Positions 1 through 10,371 of a stretch of DNA of 32,000 nt are shown here, one piece after another. The notes under the pieces were generated by a model that was not told the DNA's origin, made no database searches, and was given only the letters and a program-made list of their open reading frames with translations. The stretch comes from Acaryochloris marina S15 (GTDB lineage: Bacteria; Cyanobacteriota; Cyanobacteriia; Thermosynechococcales; Thermosynechococcaceae). Made by a program: the position numbers and the translations under genes. The stretch lies in contig NZ_CP064923.1 of the NCBI RefSeq assembly GCF_018336915.1, positions 3,510,001 through 3,542,000 on the forward strand, in the 5' to 3' direction. Numbering within the stretch: position 1 is the stretch's first letter; every line of letters starts with the position of its first letter.

Positions 1-115
1 AGAGCCAAACTCCCAAACCGATATTAAGCCCGCCCAATAACATAAAGACAATGGCGACCTCTCTTTTATAGCGGAGAAGGTAGGGGAGTTGAGGAAGGGA
101 AGGATCTGTACTCAT
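1..115 (-). CDS. Partial ORF: first 38 codons of a hypothetical membrane protein that runs off the left edge of the window
   Basis: ATG at 115..113 (minus) opens a frame with no stop down to position 1: MSTDPSLPQLPYLLRYKREVAIVFMLLGGLNIGLGVWL. A basic patch followed by a hydrophobic stretch resembles a TM helix. No Shine-Dalgarno sequence seen and no family recognised. Confidence 0.25.
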   Translation of the reverse strand, partial: MSTDPSLPQLPYLLRYKREVAIVFMLLGGLNIGLGVWL

Positions 116-208
116 GTCTTGAGGTTAATGAAATAGCTCACCTCTATGATTACCACATCAAGATTTTCCCTGTCGTGGGGATTTCAAGCACAATAATAAG
201 GTCTCGGC

Positions 209-1174
209 TTAATATGACTTGGCGGTAGGACGAGGCTGTAGACAGGCTTTGCAAATCGCTTCAATATGTCGATGGTCGGTCCCGCAACATCCCCCTAAGA
301 CATTCAGGTTAGGTAAGGCATCACTTAAATTTAAATATTGCTGACCCAGTTCCTGGGGGTTACCATCATCGAGTTCTACCGCTTCATCCAATTCGGCATG
401 GCTTTTGGTGGATGCATTGGCCCGAAGTCCATGAATGCGGGTCAGCCAAGGTTCGTTGGTTGCAAATATATGATCGAAATGGGATGGATGAGCACAGTTG
501 ATCATGTAATAAATAGGTCCATTGCCCGTGGCGGCATCGACTTGTGCGATCGCATCTTTCAATACTTGCCCCGTCGGTAATTTGCCGTCAGTTTCCACGG
601 TGAAGGAGATAACCACAGGCATACCGACTAAGTGGGCTGCTCTCGTAATGCCAATGGCTTCTTCGGCATAGGTCATGGTGACGGCACTGACCATATCGGC
701 TTCGGCATCCCGAAAGGCTTCAATTTGAGGGAGATGGTATACCTGAGCTTCGGCTGGAGTCATGGCGGTATCGACCTGATACCCGTCTCCCCGAGGGCCG
801 ATACAGCCACTAATCACCATGCGGCTGGTTTCGGTTTCGTATTGTTGGCGAATGGTATGCAGAAGTGCGATCGCATTCCGATTCATGGCGGCTAACTCGG
901 CTGCATCATACCCAAGCTTGGTGCCCCAGTCTGGATTGGCTCTCCACGTTGCACTTTCTAGAATCAGGCCCACTTCATAGGTCTGAGCGAGCTGAGCATA
1001 GGTTTGAAAGTACTCGTAGAGAGCTTGATACCCTGGATTATCTTTTAATAAATCGAAGGCAGCAAAATTAGGTAAATCGATGCCTTGATGAAAGATTAGG
1101 GTGGTTTCTAGCCCCCCGTCCGTCAAAAAAACGTCGCTCGATAATTGGGGTAAATTTTGTCGATATTGAGGCAT
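209..1174 (-). CDS. Homocysteine S-methyltransferase family protein
   Basis: ORF 209..1249. Family motifs: DGGLETTLIF near the N-terminus, INCAHP in the middle, and GGCCGT (Zn-binding Cys pair) near the C-terminus. I prefer the start at ATG 1174 (MPQYRQNLPQL...) because GGGGAG lies about 6 nt upstream on the minus strand. The 25 codons upstream of that do not look like this family. Confidence 0.85.
   Translation of the reverse strand: MPQYRQNLPQLSSDVFLTDGGLETTLIFHQGIDLPNFAAFDLLKDNPGYQALYEYFQTYAQLAQTYEVGLILESATWRANPDWGTKLGYDAAELAAMNRNAIALLHTIRQQYETETSRMVISGCIGPRGDGYQVDTAMTPAEAQVYHLPQIEAFRDAEADMVSAVTMTYAEEAIGITRAAHLVGMPVVISFTVETDGKLPTGQVLKDAIAQVDAATGNGPIYYMINCAHPSHFDHIFATNEPWLTRIHGLRANASTKSHAELDEAVELDDGNPQELGQQYLNLSDALPNLNVLGGCCGTDHRHIEAICKACLQPRPTAKSY
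546..553. repeat. HIP1 octamer GCGATCGC
   Basis: Perfect GCGATCGC read directly from the sequence. Confidence 0.9.
867..874. repeat. HIP1 octamer GCGATCGC
   Basis: Perfect GCGATCGC read directly from the sequence. Confidence 0.9.
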
Positions 1175-1659
1175 GGGCTGCTCCCCTGTCAGATGCATAT
1201 ACCTTTCAGGGTGTGGGATTTCAACAGACGGAACAATGATCACTATCACCCCAGTTCAACACCCCAATCACAGCCCCTACCGCTCATTTCACTGCCATTT
1301 ATTTTGCCGCCGTCGCATGGATTGGGTGATCTGTTTCCAACGAGCTTTGGTGTTGATCTGCGCTTTTTGATCTTGCTGGCGGTACAGATAGGCTTCTTCT
1401 TTGCGGATTAATCGTTTTGAATAAAAGTGACCATGCAGTGCAGGCTTTTGTCAGGATGTGCGAACGATGCAATTTCAGGCTGGGCAGGGGAAGCGGAGTC
1501 AGTGAATTCTATGCAAGCCGACCTATTCAGCAACATCCATCAGCAGAGCGTTAGCCTCAAGAAAGAGTTGCACTACTTCCTTCATAGTTTGTAGCAATGG
1601 TGATGGACTCTAGAGGGTAGCACGTTATTCTAAATGGGAGATCTAACTTGCATACTCTA

Positions 1660-2253
1660 ATGGTTGCCTCCCCAGAACAAGTCCATCTCTCCCCAGAACA
1701 ATATCTTTCCCATGAGGAAGCCAGTCCCATCAAGCATGAATACCGGGATGGGGAAGTCTATGCAATGGCAGGTGCATCAGATGCCCATGTCACCATTGCA
1801 GGCAATCTATTTGCAATCTTACGCAATCACATCAGAGGGTCTGGATGCCGAGTCTATATCTCGGATATGAAAGCACGTGTCAACCCGAACAATCGTTTTT
1901 TCTATCCTGATGTCATGGTGACCTGTGATGATCGCGATCAGGCAACAGCAACCTACAAACAATTTCCCTCCTTGATTGTGGAAGTCCTTTCGGCCTCCAC
2001 TGAAGCTTTTGACCGGGGGGATAAATTTGCCGATTATCAGTCCCTTGAGAGTCTGCAGGAATATGTGTTAATCAACGCTAAACGGCAACGAATTGAGTGC
2101 TTTCGTCGGAGTGAAGGTAGATGGGTTTTGGAAACCTACACCTCTACCAGTGAGACCTTCACGTTGAGTAGCATCAATTACGAGGGAGAGATGGCGGCGA
2201 TCTATGAAGATGTGATTTTTGATCCACCCACTCCTGAGCCGTCTGATCGCTAA
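1660..2253 (+). CDS. Uma2 family (formerly DUF820) restriction-endonuclease-like protein, paralogue 1
   Basis: ORF 1648..2253. The track start is TTG; an in-frame ATG lies at 1660 (MVASPEQVHLSPEQY...). Family hallmarks: HEYRDGEVYAMAG, FYPDVMVTCD, PSLIVEVLSASTE, DRGDKFADY, LQEYVLI. Confidence 0.85.
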   Translation: MVASPEQVHLSPEQYLSHEEASPIKHEYRDGEVYAMAGASDAHVTIAGNLFAILRNHIRGSGCRVYISDMKARVNPNNRFFYPDVMVTCDDRDQATATYKQFPSLIVEVLSASTEAFDRGDKFADYQSLESLQEYVLINAKRQRIECFRRSEGRWVLETYTSTSETFTLSSINYEGEMAAIYEDVIFDPPTPEPSDR

Positions 2254-2382
2254 GCTGTAAGGTCTTAGAAATAATCTTCTTCAACGCAGGTGAACAGAGT
2301 CATGAAGATTTTCAAGTTCTGTGGTGTTGGGAGTTGCTGCGTCATATGATAGATAGCCTGTGTGCTTTCTATCGAAACAATC

Positions 2383-3471
2383 ATGACTCAGTCCTATCGA
2401 ATTACGCTGTTGCCAGGAGATGGTATTGGCCCTGAAATCATGGCCGTGGCCGTTGATATTCTTAAGGTTGTGGGGCAGCAGCAAAATTTGACCTTTGAAT
2501 TTAATGAGGCATTGATTGGAGGAGCGGCCATTGATGCAGTAGAGAACCCGCTACCGAAACAAACCTTAGATGCCTGTCGCCAGAGTGATGCCGTATTGCT
2601 GGCCGCAATTGGGGGCTATAAATGGGACACAATGCCCCGTCATCTCCGTCCTGAGACTGGGCTGTTGGGATTACGGGCAGGACTAGAACTCTTTGCCAAT
2701 CTGAGACCCGCCCAAATTCTGCCCCAGCTGATTGATGCGTCCAGTCTAAAACCTGAGGTGGTTGAAGGCGTGGACATCATGGTGGTGCGAGAGCTAACAG
2801 GCGGCATATATTTCGGCTCACCCAAAGGGGTGTTTAGCACCGAAACGGGGGAGCAACGGGGCGTCAATACAATGGCCTATACCGTGGCAGAGATTGATCG
2901 GATTGGTCGAGTCGCCTTTGAAACGGCCCAAAAACGGAGTGGCAAGCTCTGTTCTGTGGATAAAGCAAATGTGTTGGAAGTGTCGCAACTGTGGCGCGAT
3001 CGCATCACCGCATTGTCATCCGAATACCCTGATGTAGAGCTCTCTCATCTGTACGTGGATAACGCCGCTATGCAGCTCGTCCGCTGGCCCAAACAGTTCG
3101 ACACCATCGTTACCAGTAACCTATTCGGCGATATTCTCTCAGATATTGCTGCCATGCTCACAGGCAGTATCGGCATGTTGCCCTCTGCCAGTTTAGGTGC
3201 GGATGGTCCAGGGGTATTTGAACCGGTTCATGGCTCTGCCCCAGATATTGCGGGTCAGGATAAGGCAAATCCTTTAGCCCAAGTTTTGAGCGTAGCAATG
3301 ATGTTGCGCTATGGGTTGGATCAACCCGCAGCGGCGGATAAAGTTGAGTCCGCTGTGCTGACTTTGTTGGCTCAAGGTTATCGGACAGGTGATATTCAAT
3401 CGCCAGGTACAACGGTCTTAGGTTGTAAGGCCATAGGGGAAACTCTGATCCAGATTTTGAATCAGAGTTAA
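2383..3471 (+). CDS. leuB: 3-isopropylmalate dehydrogenase
   Basis: ORF 2362..3471. The track start is GTG; ATG at 2383 gives the canonical N-terminus [19 protein letters not shown]. Also contains NLFGDILSD and [14 protein letters not shown]. Confidence 0.97.
   Translation: MTQSYRITLLPGDGIGPEIMAVAVDILKVVGQQQNLTFEFNEALIGGAAIDAVENPLPKQTLDACRQSDAVLLAAIGGYKWDTMPRHLRPETGLLGLRAGLELFANLRPAQILPQLIDASSLKPEVVEGVDIMVVRELTGGIYFGSPKGVFSTETGEQRGVNTMAYTVAEIDRIGRVAFETAQKRSGKLCSVDKANVLEVSQLWRDRITALSSEYPDVELSHLYVDNAAMQLVRWPKQFDTIVTSNLFGDILSDIAAMLTGSIGMLPSASLGADGPGVFEPVHGSAPDIAGQDKANPLAQVLSVAMMLRYGLDQPAAADKVESAVLTLLAQGYRTGDIQSPGTTVLGCKAIGETLIQILNQS
2996..3003. repeat. HIP1 octamer GCGATCGC
   Basis: Perfect GCGATCGC inside leuB. 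Confidence 0.9.
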
Positions 3472-3633
3472 ATACTCTCCAACTCTCCATTGGTCATAAA
3501 GTTTAGCTTAATTGAGCAACAATTTTGTTCAAGCATTATAGCTAGTCTACAATCGTTGTTTCACACAGGTGTTGTAGCCAGTGCATCTCTTATAGCGGCA
3601 GACGACCGCTTAGACTCTACGCTTACTAATAAT

Positions 3634-4176
3634 TTAGTCGGGCAGAATAGCACGATCAAAGATACTACCCTTAAGACGAGTATGAACTTCCGTAAGAGTA
3701 GCTCCCATTAGATTACTATCAGTGAAGTCAGCACAACCTCTGGCCTCATCCAAATTGACTCCTCGCATATCAGCTTCCCTGAAGCTAGTTCCCAAAATGC
3801 TAGTAGCCCCCAAATCAGCACCACACAAGTTGACATTATTGAACAGAGCACCTTCGAGGAACGCTTGATACATTTGGGCCATACTGAAGTTGGCTTCATA
3901 ACAGTTAGCCCCTATCAATCTCGTCCCTCCAAGAATGGCATTTTGGAAATTAGCACGTCCAAGCATGGCGCTGGTCAAATCAGCAGCATCCAGGATAGCT
4001 CCACTCAAGTTAGCTCCTTCCAAGTTAGCCGTAATCATTTTGGCCTTTTTCAGTTTGGCACCAGACAGATCAATTCCTCTCAAGTCAGCTTGAATAAAAC
4101 TAGCCTTCCAGAGATTTATACCTCTGAAATCCCGCTCCCCAGCGGCATATCGCTCCATTAATTCCTCAGCAGTCAT
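3634..4176 (-). CDS. Pentapeptide repeat protein
   Basis: ORF 3634..4191, with a TTG track start. ATG at 4176 is preceded by GGGAG on the minus strand. The body is tandem A(D/N)LxX-type pentapeptides (ADLRGIDLSGAKLKKAKMITANLEGANLSGAILDAADL...). The N-terminus MTAEELMERYAAGERDF is typical of this family. Confidence 0.9.
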   Translation of the reverse strand: MTAEELMERYAAGERDFRGINLWKASFIQADLRGIDLSGAKLKKAKMITANLEGANLSGAILDAADLTSAMLGRANFQNAILGGTRLIGANCYEANFSMAQMYQAFLEGALFNNVNLCGADLGATSILGTSFREADMRGVNLDEARGCADFTDSNLMGATLTEVHTRLKGSIFDRAILPD

Positions 4177-4243
4177 CACTACAACTCCCAAAACACAATG
4201 GTTTCAATGCCTCCAGGATTCCACTCCATTTAACCTCAACTTC

Positions 4244-4312
4244 CCAGGCATAAAGATCCTAAACAGTCAGCCCATAGGGGAAACCCTGATTCAGATACTG
4301 AACCAGGGCTGA
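4244..4312 (+). pseudogene. Ghost fragment: a second copy of the last 22 codons plus stop of leuB
   Basis: 4244..4312 translates to [22 protein letters not shown], against the real leuB tail [22 protein letters not shown] at 3403..3471. The offset is exactly 841 nt on the same strand. By my count 50/69 nt are identical with no gaps, the stop codons are in register, and 11 consecutive residues are identical despite 5 synonymous nt changes. Confidence 0.75.
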
Positions 4313-4367
4313 TGGGGAATATAAACACTTAGATCAAGAGAGCAGTCAGACTGCGGGGTAAAACCCT

Positions 4368-5321
4368 TTAGTTCAGAGCTTCAGCACCGCCGACCACCTC
4401 AAGCAGCTCTTGAGTAATCGCTGCTTGCCGAGCCTTGTTATAAGACAAGGTCAAGGTACTAATTAGATCAGAAGCATTATCACTAGCATTGTTCATCGCA
4501 GTCATTCGAGCAGCCAATTCACTGGCGGCTGATTCTTGCAATGCCCGCAGTAGCTGGTTGTTTAGATACAGTGGCAATAAAGCATCCAAAATTTGAATGG
4601 GATTTTGCTCAAAGATCATATCTGAAGGCATTTCCTGGGGAGCAGATCGATCCAATCGTTCGCGCTCCACCTGAAACTCACCTCCTCGAGTGGTTAATCG
4701 GAAGACCTCATCTTCCTCTGCCACCACCAACTCATCAGGGTCGAGAGGAAGTAGGGTTTGGACCACAGGTTTAGAATTCACCAGGGAAAGAAACCGGGTA
4801 TAAATCAACTCAACATGATCAACTGTTTCTGAGAGATACAGCGATAAGAGTTCATCCGCAATACCAGAGGCTTCTTGAGCCGTAGGAATTTGCTCTAAAG
4901 CATCGTAAGTAGCTGAGATTGGCTGATCACGGCGCTGAAAGTACTGAATCGCTTTCCGACCCACGAGGACAAACGTATAGTCAATCCCTTTAGCTTTCAG
5001 TTCATTGGATCGCACTTCAGCTCGTTTGATGGCGTTACTGTTGTAGGCACCACAGAGACCACGGTCTCCAGTGATCACCAACAAACAGACTTTACTTAGA
5101 GCCCGTTCTCGCAGCAGCGGTAATTCCACTTCTTCGAATCGAAGTCGAGCTTGCAAGCCATAGAGGACCTGAGCTAAACGATCAGCGAAGGGACGGGTTG
5201 CTGTCACCTGCTCCTGGGCACGTCGGACCTTGGCGGCGGCCACTAGCCGCATCGCCTCAGTAATTTTCTTGGTATTCTTGACCGTCGAAATGCGATCACG
5301 AATCGATTTGAGGTTTGGCAT
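4368..5321 (-). CDS. atpG: F0F1 ATP synthase subunit gamma (atpC in cyanobacterial nomenclature)
   Basis: N-terminus [36 protein letters not shown] and C-terminus [27 protein letters not shown] are canonical gamma termini. It is the last gene of the atp operon. Confidence 0.97.
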   Translation of the reverse strand: MPNLKSIRDRISTVKNTKKITEAMRLVAAAKVRRAQEQVTATRPFADRLAQVLYGLQARLRFEEVELPLLRERALSKVCLLVITGDRGLCGAYNSNAIKRAEVRSNELKAKGIDYTFVLVGRKAIQYFQRRDQPISATYDALEQIPTAQEASGIADELLSLYLSETVDHVELIYTRFLSLVNSKPVVQTLLPLDPDELVVAEEDEVFRLTTRGGEFQVERERLDRSAPQEMPSDMIFEQNPIQILDALLPLYLNNQLLRALQESAASELAARMTAMNNASDNASDLISTLTLSYNKARQAAITQELLEVVGGAEALN

Positions 5322-5330
5322 AATTCCCTC

Positions 5331-6848
5331 CTAGACCGCAGCCATAAAAGCTTTCTTGAAATCAGCGATGGCTGTTTTTAGAATCCCTTCGGCTTCATCA
5401 CCCATCTTCTTCTCGCCTCGGACCAAGTCACCATATTTGGCGTGGTTGGCTTTCAAATCATCCCGCATCCCTTGGACAAATTCTGTCACTTTATCTGTAG
5501 GGACATCATCAAGATAGCCATTGGTACCGGCATAAATCACTGCAACCATCTCTTCTACAGGTAGAGGAGAATATTGAGGCTGTTTCAGAATTTCCCGGAG
5601 GCGTGCTCCACGAGCCAACTGATTTTGAGTCGCTTGATCCAAGTCAGAGGCAAACTGAGCAAAGGCTTCCAGTTCAGCAAACTGAGCCAATTCCAGCTTC
5701 AACTTACCGGCAACCTGTTTCATCGCTTTAATCTGAGCAGCAGATCCCACTCGGGACACTGAAATACCAGCATTAATGGCAGGACGCAGACCGGCGTTAA
5801 ACAAGTCAGAAGACAAGAAGATCTGACCGTCAGTAATGGAAATAACGTTAGTAGGAATATAAGCCGACACGTCACCCGCTTGGGTTTCCACAATCGGTAG
5901 TGCGGTCATACTTCCTTCACCCAGTTCAGGGCTTAGCTTTGCAGCCCGCTCCAACAAACGAGAGTGGAGATAGAACACATCACCAGGATAGGCTTCACGT
6001 CCGGGTGGACGACGGAGTAGCAAGGACATCTGACGATAGGCCTGAGCTTGCTTGGAGAGGTCATCGTAGATCACCAAGGTGTGCTTGCCTTTGTACATAA
6101 AGTACTCAGCAATAGCTGCGCCAGTATAAGGAGCCAAATATTGTAGAGTGGCGGGGTCGTTAGCGTTAGCAGCAACCACAACAGTGTAGTCAAGGGCGCC
6201 CCGTTCTCTCAGGACTTCAACTACCTGAGCCACGGTAGAGGCTTTCTGACCAATAGCAACGTAGACACAAATCACATCTTCAGACTTTTGGTTGAGGATG
6301 GTGTCAATCGCAACGGCTGTTTTACCCGTTTGACGGTCACCAATAATCAACTCTCGCTGGCCTCGGCCAATAGGCACCATGGAGTCAATCGCAGTGATGC
6401 CCGTTTGCATGGGCTCATACACAGACTTCCGCTCAATAATGCCAGGGGCAGGAGACTCAATCAGGCGAGTTTCAGATGTGTTCATATCGCCCTTACCATC
6501 GATGGGGCGAGCTAGAGCATCTAGAACGCGACCAACCAAGGCATCACCCACAGGGATTTGGGCGATTTTACCAGTTGAACGAACGGTACTCCCTTCCTGG
6601 AGTTCGCGACCGTCTCCCATCAGCACCACACCGACGTTATCCTCTTCCAGGTTGAGGGCAACACCTACAGTGCCATCTTCAAATTCTAAGAGTTCTCCGG
6701 CCATGGCTTTTTCTAAGCCATAAACACGGGCGATACCGTCACCCACTTGGAGTACGGTACCAACATTGTCAACTTTGACTTGTTGATCGTATTGCTCAAT
6801 CTGTTGGCGAATAATATTGCTAATTTCGTCGGGTCTGATGCTTACCAT
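5331..6848 (-). CDS. atpA: F0F1 ATP synthase subunit alpha
   Basis: Walker A motif GDRQTGKT plus full-length similarity to alpha subunits ([21 protein letters not shown]). Confidence 0.98.
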   Translation of the reverse strand: MVSIRPDEISNIIRQQIEQYDQQVKVDNVGTVLQVGDGIARVYGLEKAMAGELLEFEDGTVGVALNLEEDNVGVVLMGDGRELQEGSTVRSTGKIAQIPVGDALVGRVLDALARPIDGKGDMNTSETRLIESPAPGIIERKSVYEPMQTGITAIDSMVPIGRGQRELIIGDRQTGKTAVAIDTILNQKSEDVICVYVAIGQKASTVAQVVEVLRERGALDYTVVVAANANDPATLQYLAPYTGAAIAEYFMYKGKHTLVIYDDLSKQAQAYRQMSLLLRRPPGREAYPGDVFYLHSRLLERAAKLSPELGEGSMTALPIVETQAGDVSAYIPTNVISITDGQIFLSSDLFNAGLRPAINAGISVSRVGSAAQIKAMKQVAGKLKLELAQFAELEAFAQFASDLDQATQNQLARGARLREILKQPQYSPLPVEEMVAVIYAGTNGYLDDVPTDKVTEFVQGMRDDLKANHAKYGDLVRGEKKMGDEAEGILKTAIADFKKAFMAAV

Positions 6849-6921
6849 GGGACTTGCTCTAATTTGTGATGTGGGTAGAGGTCAAACAACTTAAGCGGTA
6901 ATCAAGAAAATTACCATTACC

Positions 6922-7479
6922 TTAAGACAGGCTTGTTATAGAAGAATTCATCCGGCGCAACTGGCCACGAATGCTGGCGTCTAAAACTTGAGAGCCAATT
7001 TTAATAATCACACCGCCAATGAGGTCAGAATCGATACTTGTTTGAAGATCAACCTGGGCCGCTTGACTCATATGTTTCACTTTTTCAGTGATGGCTTGAC
7101 GTTGCTCTTTGGTGAGTTCCACCGTTGAGGTCACTTCTGCCAAAACCGTATTGTTGAGTTTGCGCAGTAATGTCTGATAGTACTTGCAAATACCTTCTAA
7201 GAAGATGATGCGTCGTCGATCAATCAAGAGCAGCAAAAAATTGAAGAATTGCTTCTGAACCCGCGATTCAGCTAACTGCCGAAGAACGGCCTTCTGAGCA
7301 TCGGCGGGGGTCAGTGGATTGACCAAGAAATCTTTCAGGTCAGTAGAGGTTTCCAAAAGACTGAGGACAAAGCTAATATCTTCACCAATCTGGTTGGTGA
7401 GGTTGTTGCTTTGAGCCACAGACATTAACGCCTCGGCATAGGGTTCAACAATTTTGGAGCTAACCATGCTTTGTGTCAT
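6922..7479 (-). CDS. atpH: F0F1 ATP synthase subunit delta (OSCP; atpD in cyanobacterial nomenclature)
   Basis: 185 aa, with OSCP-like features ([13 protein letters not shown]..., [23 protein letters not shown]). It sits between b and alpha. Its start overlaps the atpF stop by 4 nt (ATGA at 7476..7479). Confidence 0.93.
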   Translation of the reverse strand: MTQSMVSSKIVEPYAEALMSVAQSNNLTNQIGEDISFVLSLLETSTDLKDFLVNPLTPADAQKAVLRQLAESRVQKQFFNFLLLLIDRRRIIFLEGICKYYQTLLRKLNNTVLAEVTSTVELTKEQRQAITEKVKHMSQAAQVDLQTSIDSDLIGGVIIKIGSQVLDASIRGQLRRMNSSITSLS

Positions 7480-8036
7480 GAGTTGCCTCCTAGCAAGGCA
7501 ATACTTTGATCGACTAATTTCCGCTGGGCGGATTCATTATTCCCTAACTGATTTTTCAAATCAGCTTCAACTTTCTCTAGGGCCATAGCGGTAACGCGCT
7601 GTCGAATTTCTGAGATCGCACGTTCCTGACTAGCAGAAGTATCTTGAGATCCAGCATCTTTGATGCGTTGAATCTCTGTTTTCGCTTCAGCCAGGATTTG
7701 CTCTTTCGCTTTACTTGCATTGGTCTGGGCATTAGCCAGAATCTTTTTCGCTTCTGCTTGGGCTTGAGCAAGCTTCTCTTGCTCTTCTGCCAAGGTTGCA
7801 GCAGCTTTTTCTTGATTGGCTTCAGCTTCGGAGATCGCGGTTTCAATGTCTTCTCGTCGCTTAACTAGGGATTTCCCTAGAAAGCCTCGACCAAAATAAA
7901 TGAGTAATCCAATAACGATTACCAAGTTGACGACATTGGCTTCCAGAATATCAAAGTTAAGGCTGTAACCACCAGCCTCAGCTAGTTGTGGAAACCCAGT
8001 CATGCCAGCGCTTGCCGGCCAATTAAACATCCCCAT
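7476..8036 (-). CDS. atpF: F0F1 ATP synthase subunit b
   Basis: One N-terminal TM helix ([15 protein letters not shown]) followed by a long A/E/Q/K-rich helix. Operon position fits. Confidence 0.92.
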   Translation of the reverse strand: MGMFNWPASAGMTGFPQLAEAGGYSLNFDILEANVVNLVIVIGLLIYFGRGFLGKSLVKRREDIETAISEAEANQEKAAATLAEEQEKLAQAQAEAKKILANAQTNASKAKEQILAEAKTEIQRIKDAGSQDTSASQERAISEIRQRVTAMALEKVEADLKNQLGNNESAQRKLVDQSIALLGGNS

Positions 8037-8068
8037 GTTTATAGTCCTAACTGCGGTGCTGTGATGGC

Positions 8069-8497
8069 TTATGCCAGGGTTGAGCCTAAGAGCTTATTGA
8101 GAATTTGCTGGCTGAGGGTATCAACCTGCTTCTCTAATTCGCCAAAGGCAGACTGTTTCTGTGACTCGAGTTCGGCTTGAGCTTTCATCACTTCAGCTTG
8201 AACTTGCTGTTGGGCTTCAGTGATTTGTGTTTGAGCAATTTTTTGGGCTTCGGCTTGAGCATCTGCCAACACTTGTTGTGATTGCTTTCGCGTGCCTGCC
8301 AACTCCTGTTCATATTGCTCAGTTAAGCTCTTGGCTTTAGCCAAACGCTCACGGGCTTCAGTGTTGTTGGTACGAATAAAACCATCTCGCTCATCAATCG
8401 CTTGAGTGAGGGGTTTGAAGAACACTGCGTTCAACACAGCAACCAACAAAAAGAACTGGAACATCATCAATGGCAACGTGCCATTAAAATCAAACAT
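8069..8497 (-). CDS. atpF2: F0F1 ATP synthase subunit b' (atpG in cyanobacterial nomenclature)
   Basis: [30 protein letters not shown], then a coiled-coil region. A second b-type subunit is diagnostic of cyanobacterial and chloroplast operons. Confidence 0.92.
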   Translation of the reverse strand: MFDFNGTLPLMMFQFFLLVAVLNAVFFKPLTQAIDERDGFIRTNNTEARERLAKAKSLTEQYEQELAGTRKQSQQVLADAQAEAQKIAQTQITEAQQQVQAEVMKAQAELESQKQSAFGELEKQVDTLSQQILNKLLGSTLA

Positions 8498-8609
8498 TGT
8501 TTTGCTCAGTCTAAAAAAGGGTCAGATTCAGAAAAAGTCGGAGTTGTAGCTGAAGGTAATGAGCACTTAAAGAAGCGCCATCTAGATTCAATACAACTAG
8601 AAACGGAGA

Positions 8610-8632
8610 AGGGACGTTACGCGAACGTCCCT
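8610..8632 (-). terminator. Perfect 9-bp stem / 5-nt loop hairpin 12 nt downstream of the atpE stop; candidate attenuator or RNA-stabilising element
   Basis: aGGGACGTT acgcg AACGTCCCt (arms 8610..8618 and 8624..8632). On the transcribed minus strand it is followed by UUCUCCGUUUCU. Confidence 0.5.
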
Positions 8633-8643
8633 CACTAACCTAT

Positions 8644-9008
<365 letters not shown>

Positions 9009-9019
9009 TGACTTTGAGG

Positions 9020-9790
9020 TTAGTGGGCCTCTTCTCCGTCCCCATGACCTTCTAACGACTCGTGAATATAAGCACCAGCCAAGGTCGCAAAGACCAATGC
9101 TTGAATACCGCTGGTAAATAGTCCCAGCAACATCACAGGCAAAGGCACAATTAAGGGAACGAGTAGCACCAAAACTGCAACCACTAGCTCGTCGGCAAGG
9201 ATGTTACCAAACAGACGAAAACTAAGGGAAAGCGGCTTGGTGAAATCTTCAAGAATCGCAATTGGTAGCAGTACCGGAGTGGGTTCGATGTACTTGCGAA
9301 AGTAACCGAGACCTTTTTTCCGAAATCCTGCGTAAAAGTAAACAAACGAAGTACACAATGCCAAAGCGACAGTGGTGTTGATGTCGTTTGTGGGTGCTGC
9401 GAGTTCTCCCTCGGGAAGACTAATAAGCTTCCAAGGGAATAGAGCACCGGACCAATTGGAGACAAATATGAATAGAAAGAGCGTCCCGATGAATGGCACC
9501 CATGGACGGTATTCTTTCTCGCCAATTTGATTTTTGGTCAAATCACGGACAAACTCTAGCGCGTACTCCATGAAATTTTGGAGACCACTAGGAATGCGCT
9601 CAACCTTGCGGGTTGCCAGCACAGACACAATGACTAAGATGCCGATGACGATCCAGGATGTAATCAGAACCTGACCATGAACCTTTAAGCCACCGATCTG
9701 CCAGTATAGGTGCTGACCCACCTCTAAACTTGCTAAAGGCAAGGTGGTGAACCAATTAAAAGAATCTAGCAGAAGGCTGCTGTGATGCAT
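9020..9790 (-). CDS. atpB: F0F1 ATP synthase subunit a (atpI in cyanobacterial nomenclature)
   Basis: Polytopic membrane protein. Contains the conserved [13 protein letters not shown] motif (essential Arg) and a C-terminal HESLEGH. Confidence 0.96.
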   Translation of the reverse strand: MHHSSLLLDSFNWFTTLPLASLEVGQHLYWQIGGLKVHGQVLITSWIVIGILVIVSVLATRKVERIPSGLQNFMEYALEFVRDLTKNQIGEKEYRPWVPFIGTLFLFIFVSNWSGALFPWKLISLPEGELAAPTNDINTTVALALCTSFVYFYAGFRKKGLGYFRKYIEPTPVLLPIAILEDFTKPLSLSFRLFGNILADELVVAVLVLLVPLIVPLPVMLLGLFTSGIQALVFATLAGAYIHESLEGHGDGEEAH

Positions 9791-9848
9791 AATACGCCCA
9801 ACCTCGTTGGAACTTCAGGCAAAAAAATAGGGGCATTCTGTCGATTTC

Positions 9849-10208
9849 TCAGGAATTAGTTGAGGGCGACAGAACTGCAGACCACAAGACGAAAAAGAGG
9901 ATGCCAACTTTGTAGGTTAGAAATCCTAAAAAAACAGGTAGGACTTCTAACTGATTCCACTTAGCTGCCACGACAATGAGGATGACAAAAACACCTAGCT
10001 GGCCTTTGCCGACTTGGGTATTCCCGCTTCCTAACTGTTCAACGTTCTTCGCCAAAATCCTTAGGTATAGCACTCCGACGGATGCACCGAGCAAATAGCT
10101 GCTGGCAACTTTCAGAGAGTACACCCACCAAACAGGGCCAAAAAATAACCCTGCTATAACTGAAGATGAAATTATCAAGCCATTTTTGAATTGATAAAAG
10201 TCATCCAT
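9849..10208 (-). CDS. atpI: ATP synthase protein I (atp1)
   Basis: Small hydrophobic protein and first gene of the operon. The track ORF starts at GTG 10298. I prefer ATG 10208 (MDDFYQFKNGLII...) because AGGAG sits 5-6 nt upstream (minus strand reads GCAGGAGATTCG-ATG). The extra 30 codons are acidic/Ser-rich and atypical. Confidence 0.8.
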   Translation of the reverse strand: MDDFYQFKNGLIISSSVIAGLFFGPVWWVYSLKVASSYLLGASVGVLYLRILAKNVEQLGSGNTQVGKGQLGVFVILIVVAAKWNQLEVLPVFLGFLTYKVGILFFVLWSAVLSPSTNS

Positions 10209-10371
10209 CGAATCTCCTGCTTGAGAGATCTGCGATTCAACTGGCTCACTCTCGCTTGAGGTGGCACCGGGCTGAAGGGGAGTATCTGACAATTCCACAG
10301 GCTAGAAATTTGGTTTGGATGCGTTACTGCAGGCCAAGGCCAATGATATCACGGCTGGGTAACATTACTTA

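Noticed and set aside
1289-1450. Minus-strand open frame (QKPALHGHFYSKRLIRKEEAYLYRQQDQKAQINTKARWKQITQSMRRRQNKWQ*) and the overlapping plus-strand track ORFs 1157..1411 and 1173..1370
   Set aside because: The minus-strand frame has no plausible start codon until 9 codons before its stop. The plus-strand ORFs overlap the start of the methyltransferase gene and have junk-like composition. This may be a gene remnant, but I cannot support that from sequence alone.
1175-1450. Possible riboswitch (cobalamin, SAM or SAH) in the leader of the homocysteine S-methyltransferase gene
   Set aside because: I read the minus-strand leader looking for the B12 box (GCCACTG context) and for the SAM-I and SAH core motifs. 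None is present; only a vague GAAATCCC resemblance was seen.
3490-3711. 73-aa plus-strand ORF between leuB and the pentapeptide gene
   Set aside because: It starts at TTG, has no RBS, and overlaps the 3' end of the pentapeptide-repeat gene in antisense. No family is recognisable.
7577-7846. 89-aa Lys-rich alternative-frame ORF inside atpF, plus similar shadow ORFs in atpB (9184..9525), urtB (27185..27622), the D27-like gene (15503..15942), atpA and the porin gene
   Set aside because: All are nested in alternative frames or antisense to strongly supported genes. Their compositions are typical of frame-shifted translation of the host gene.
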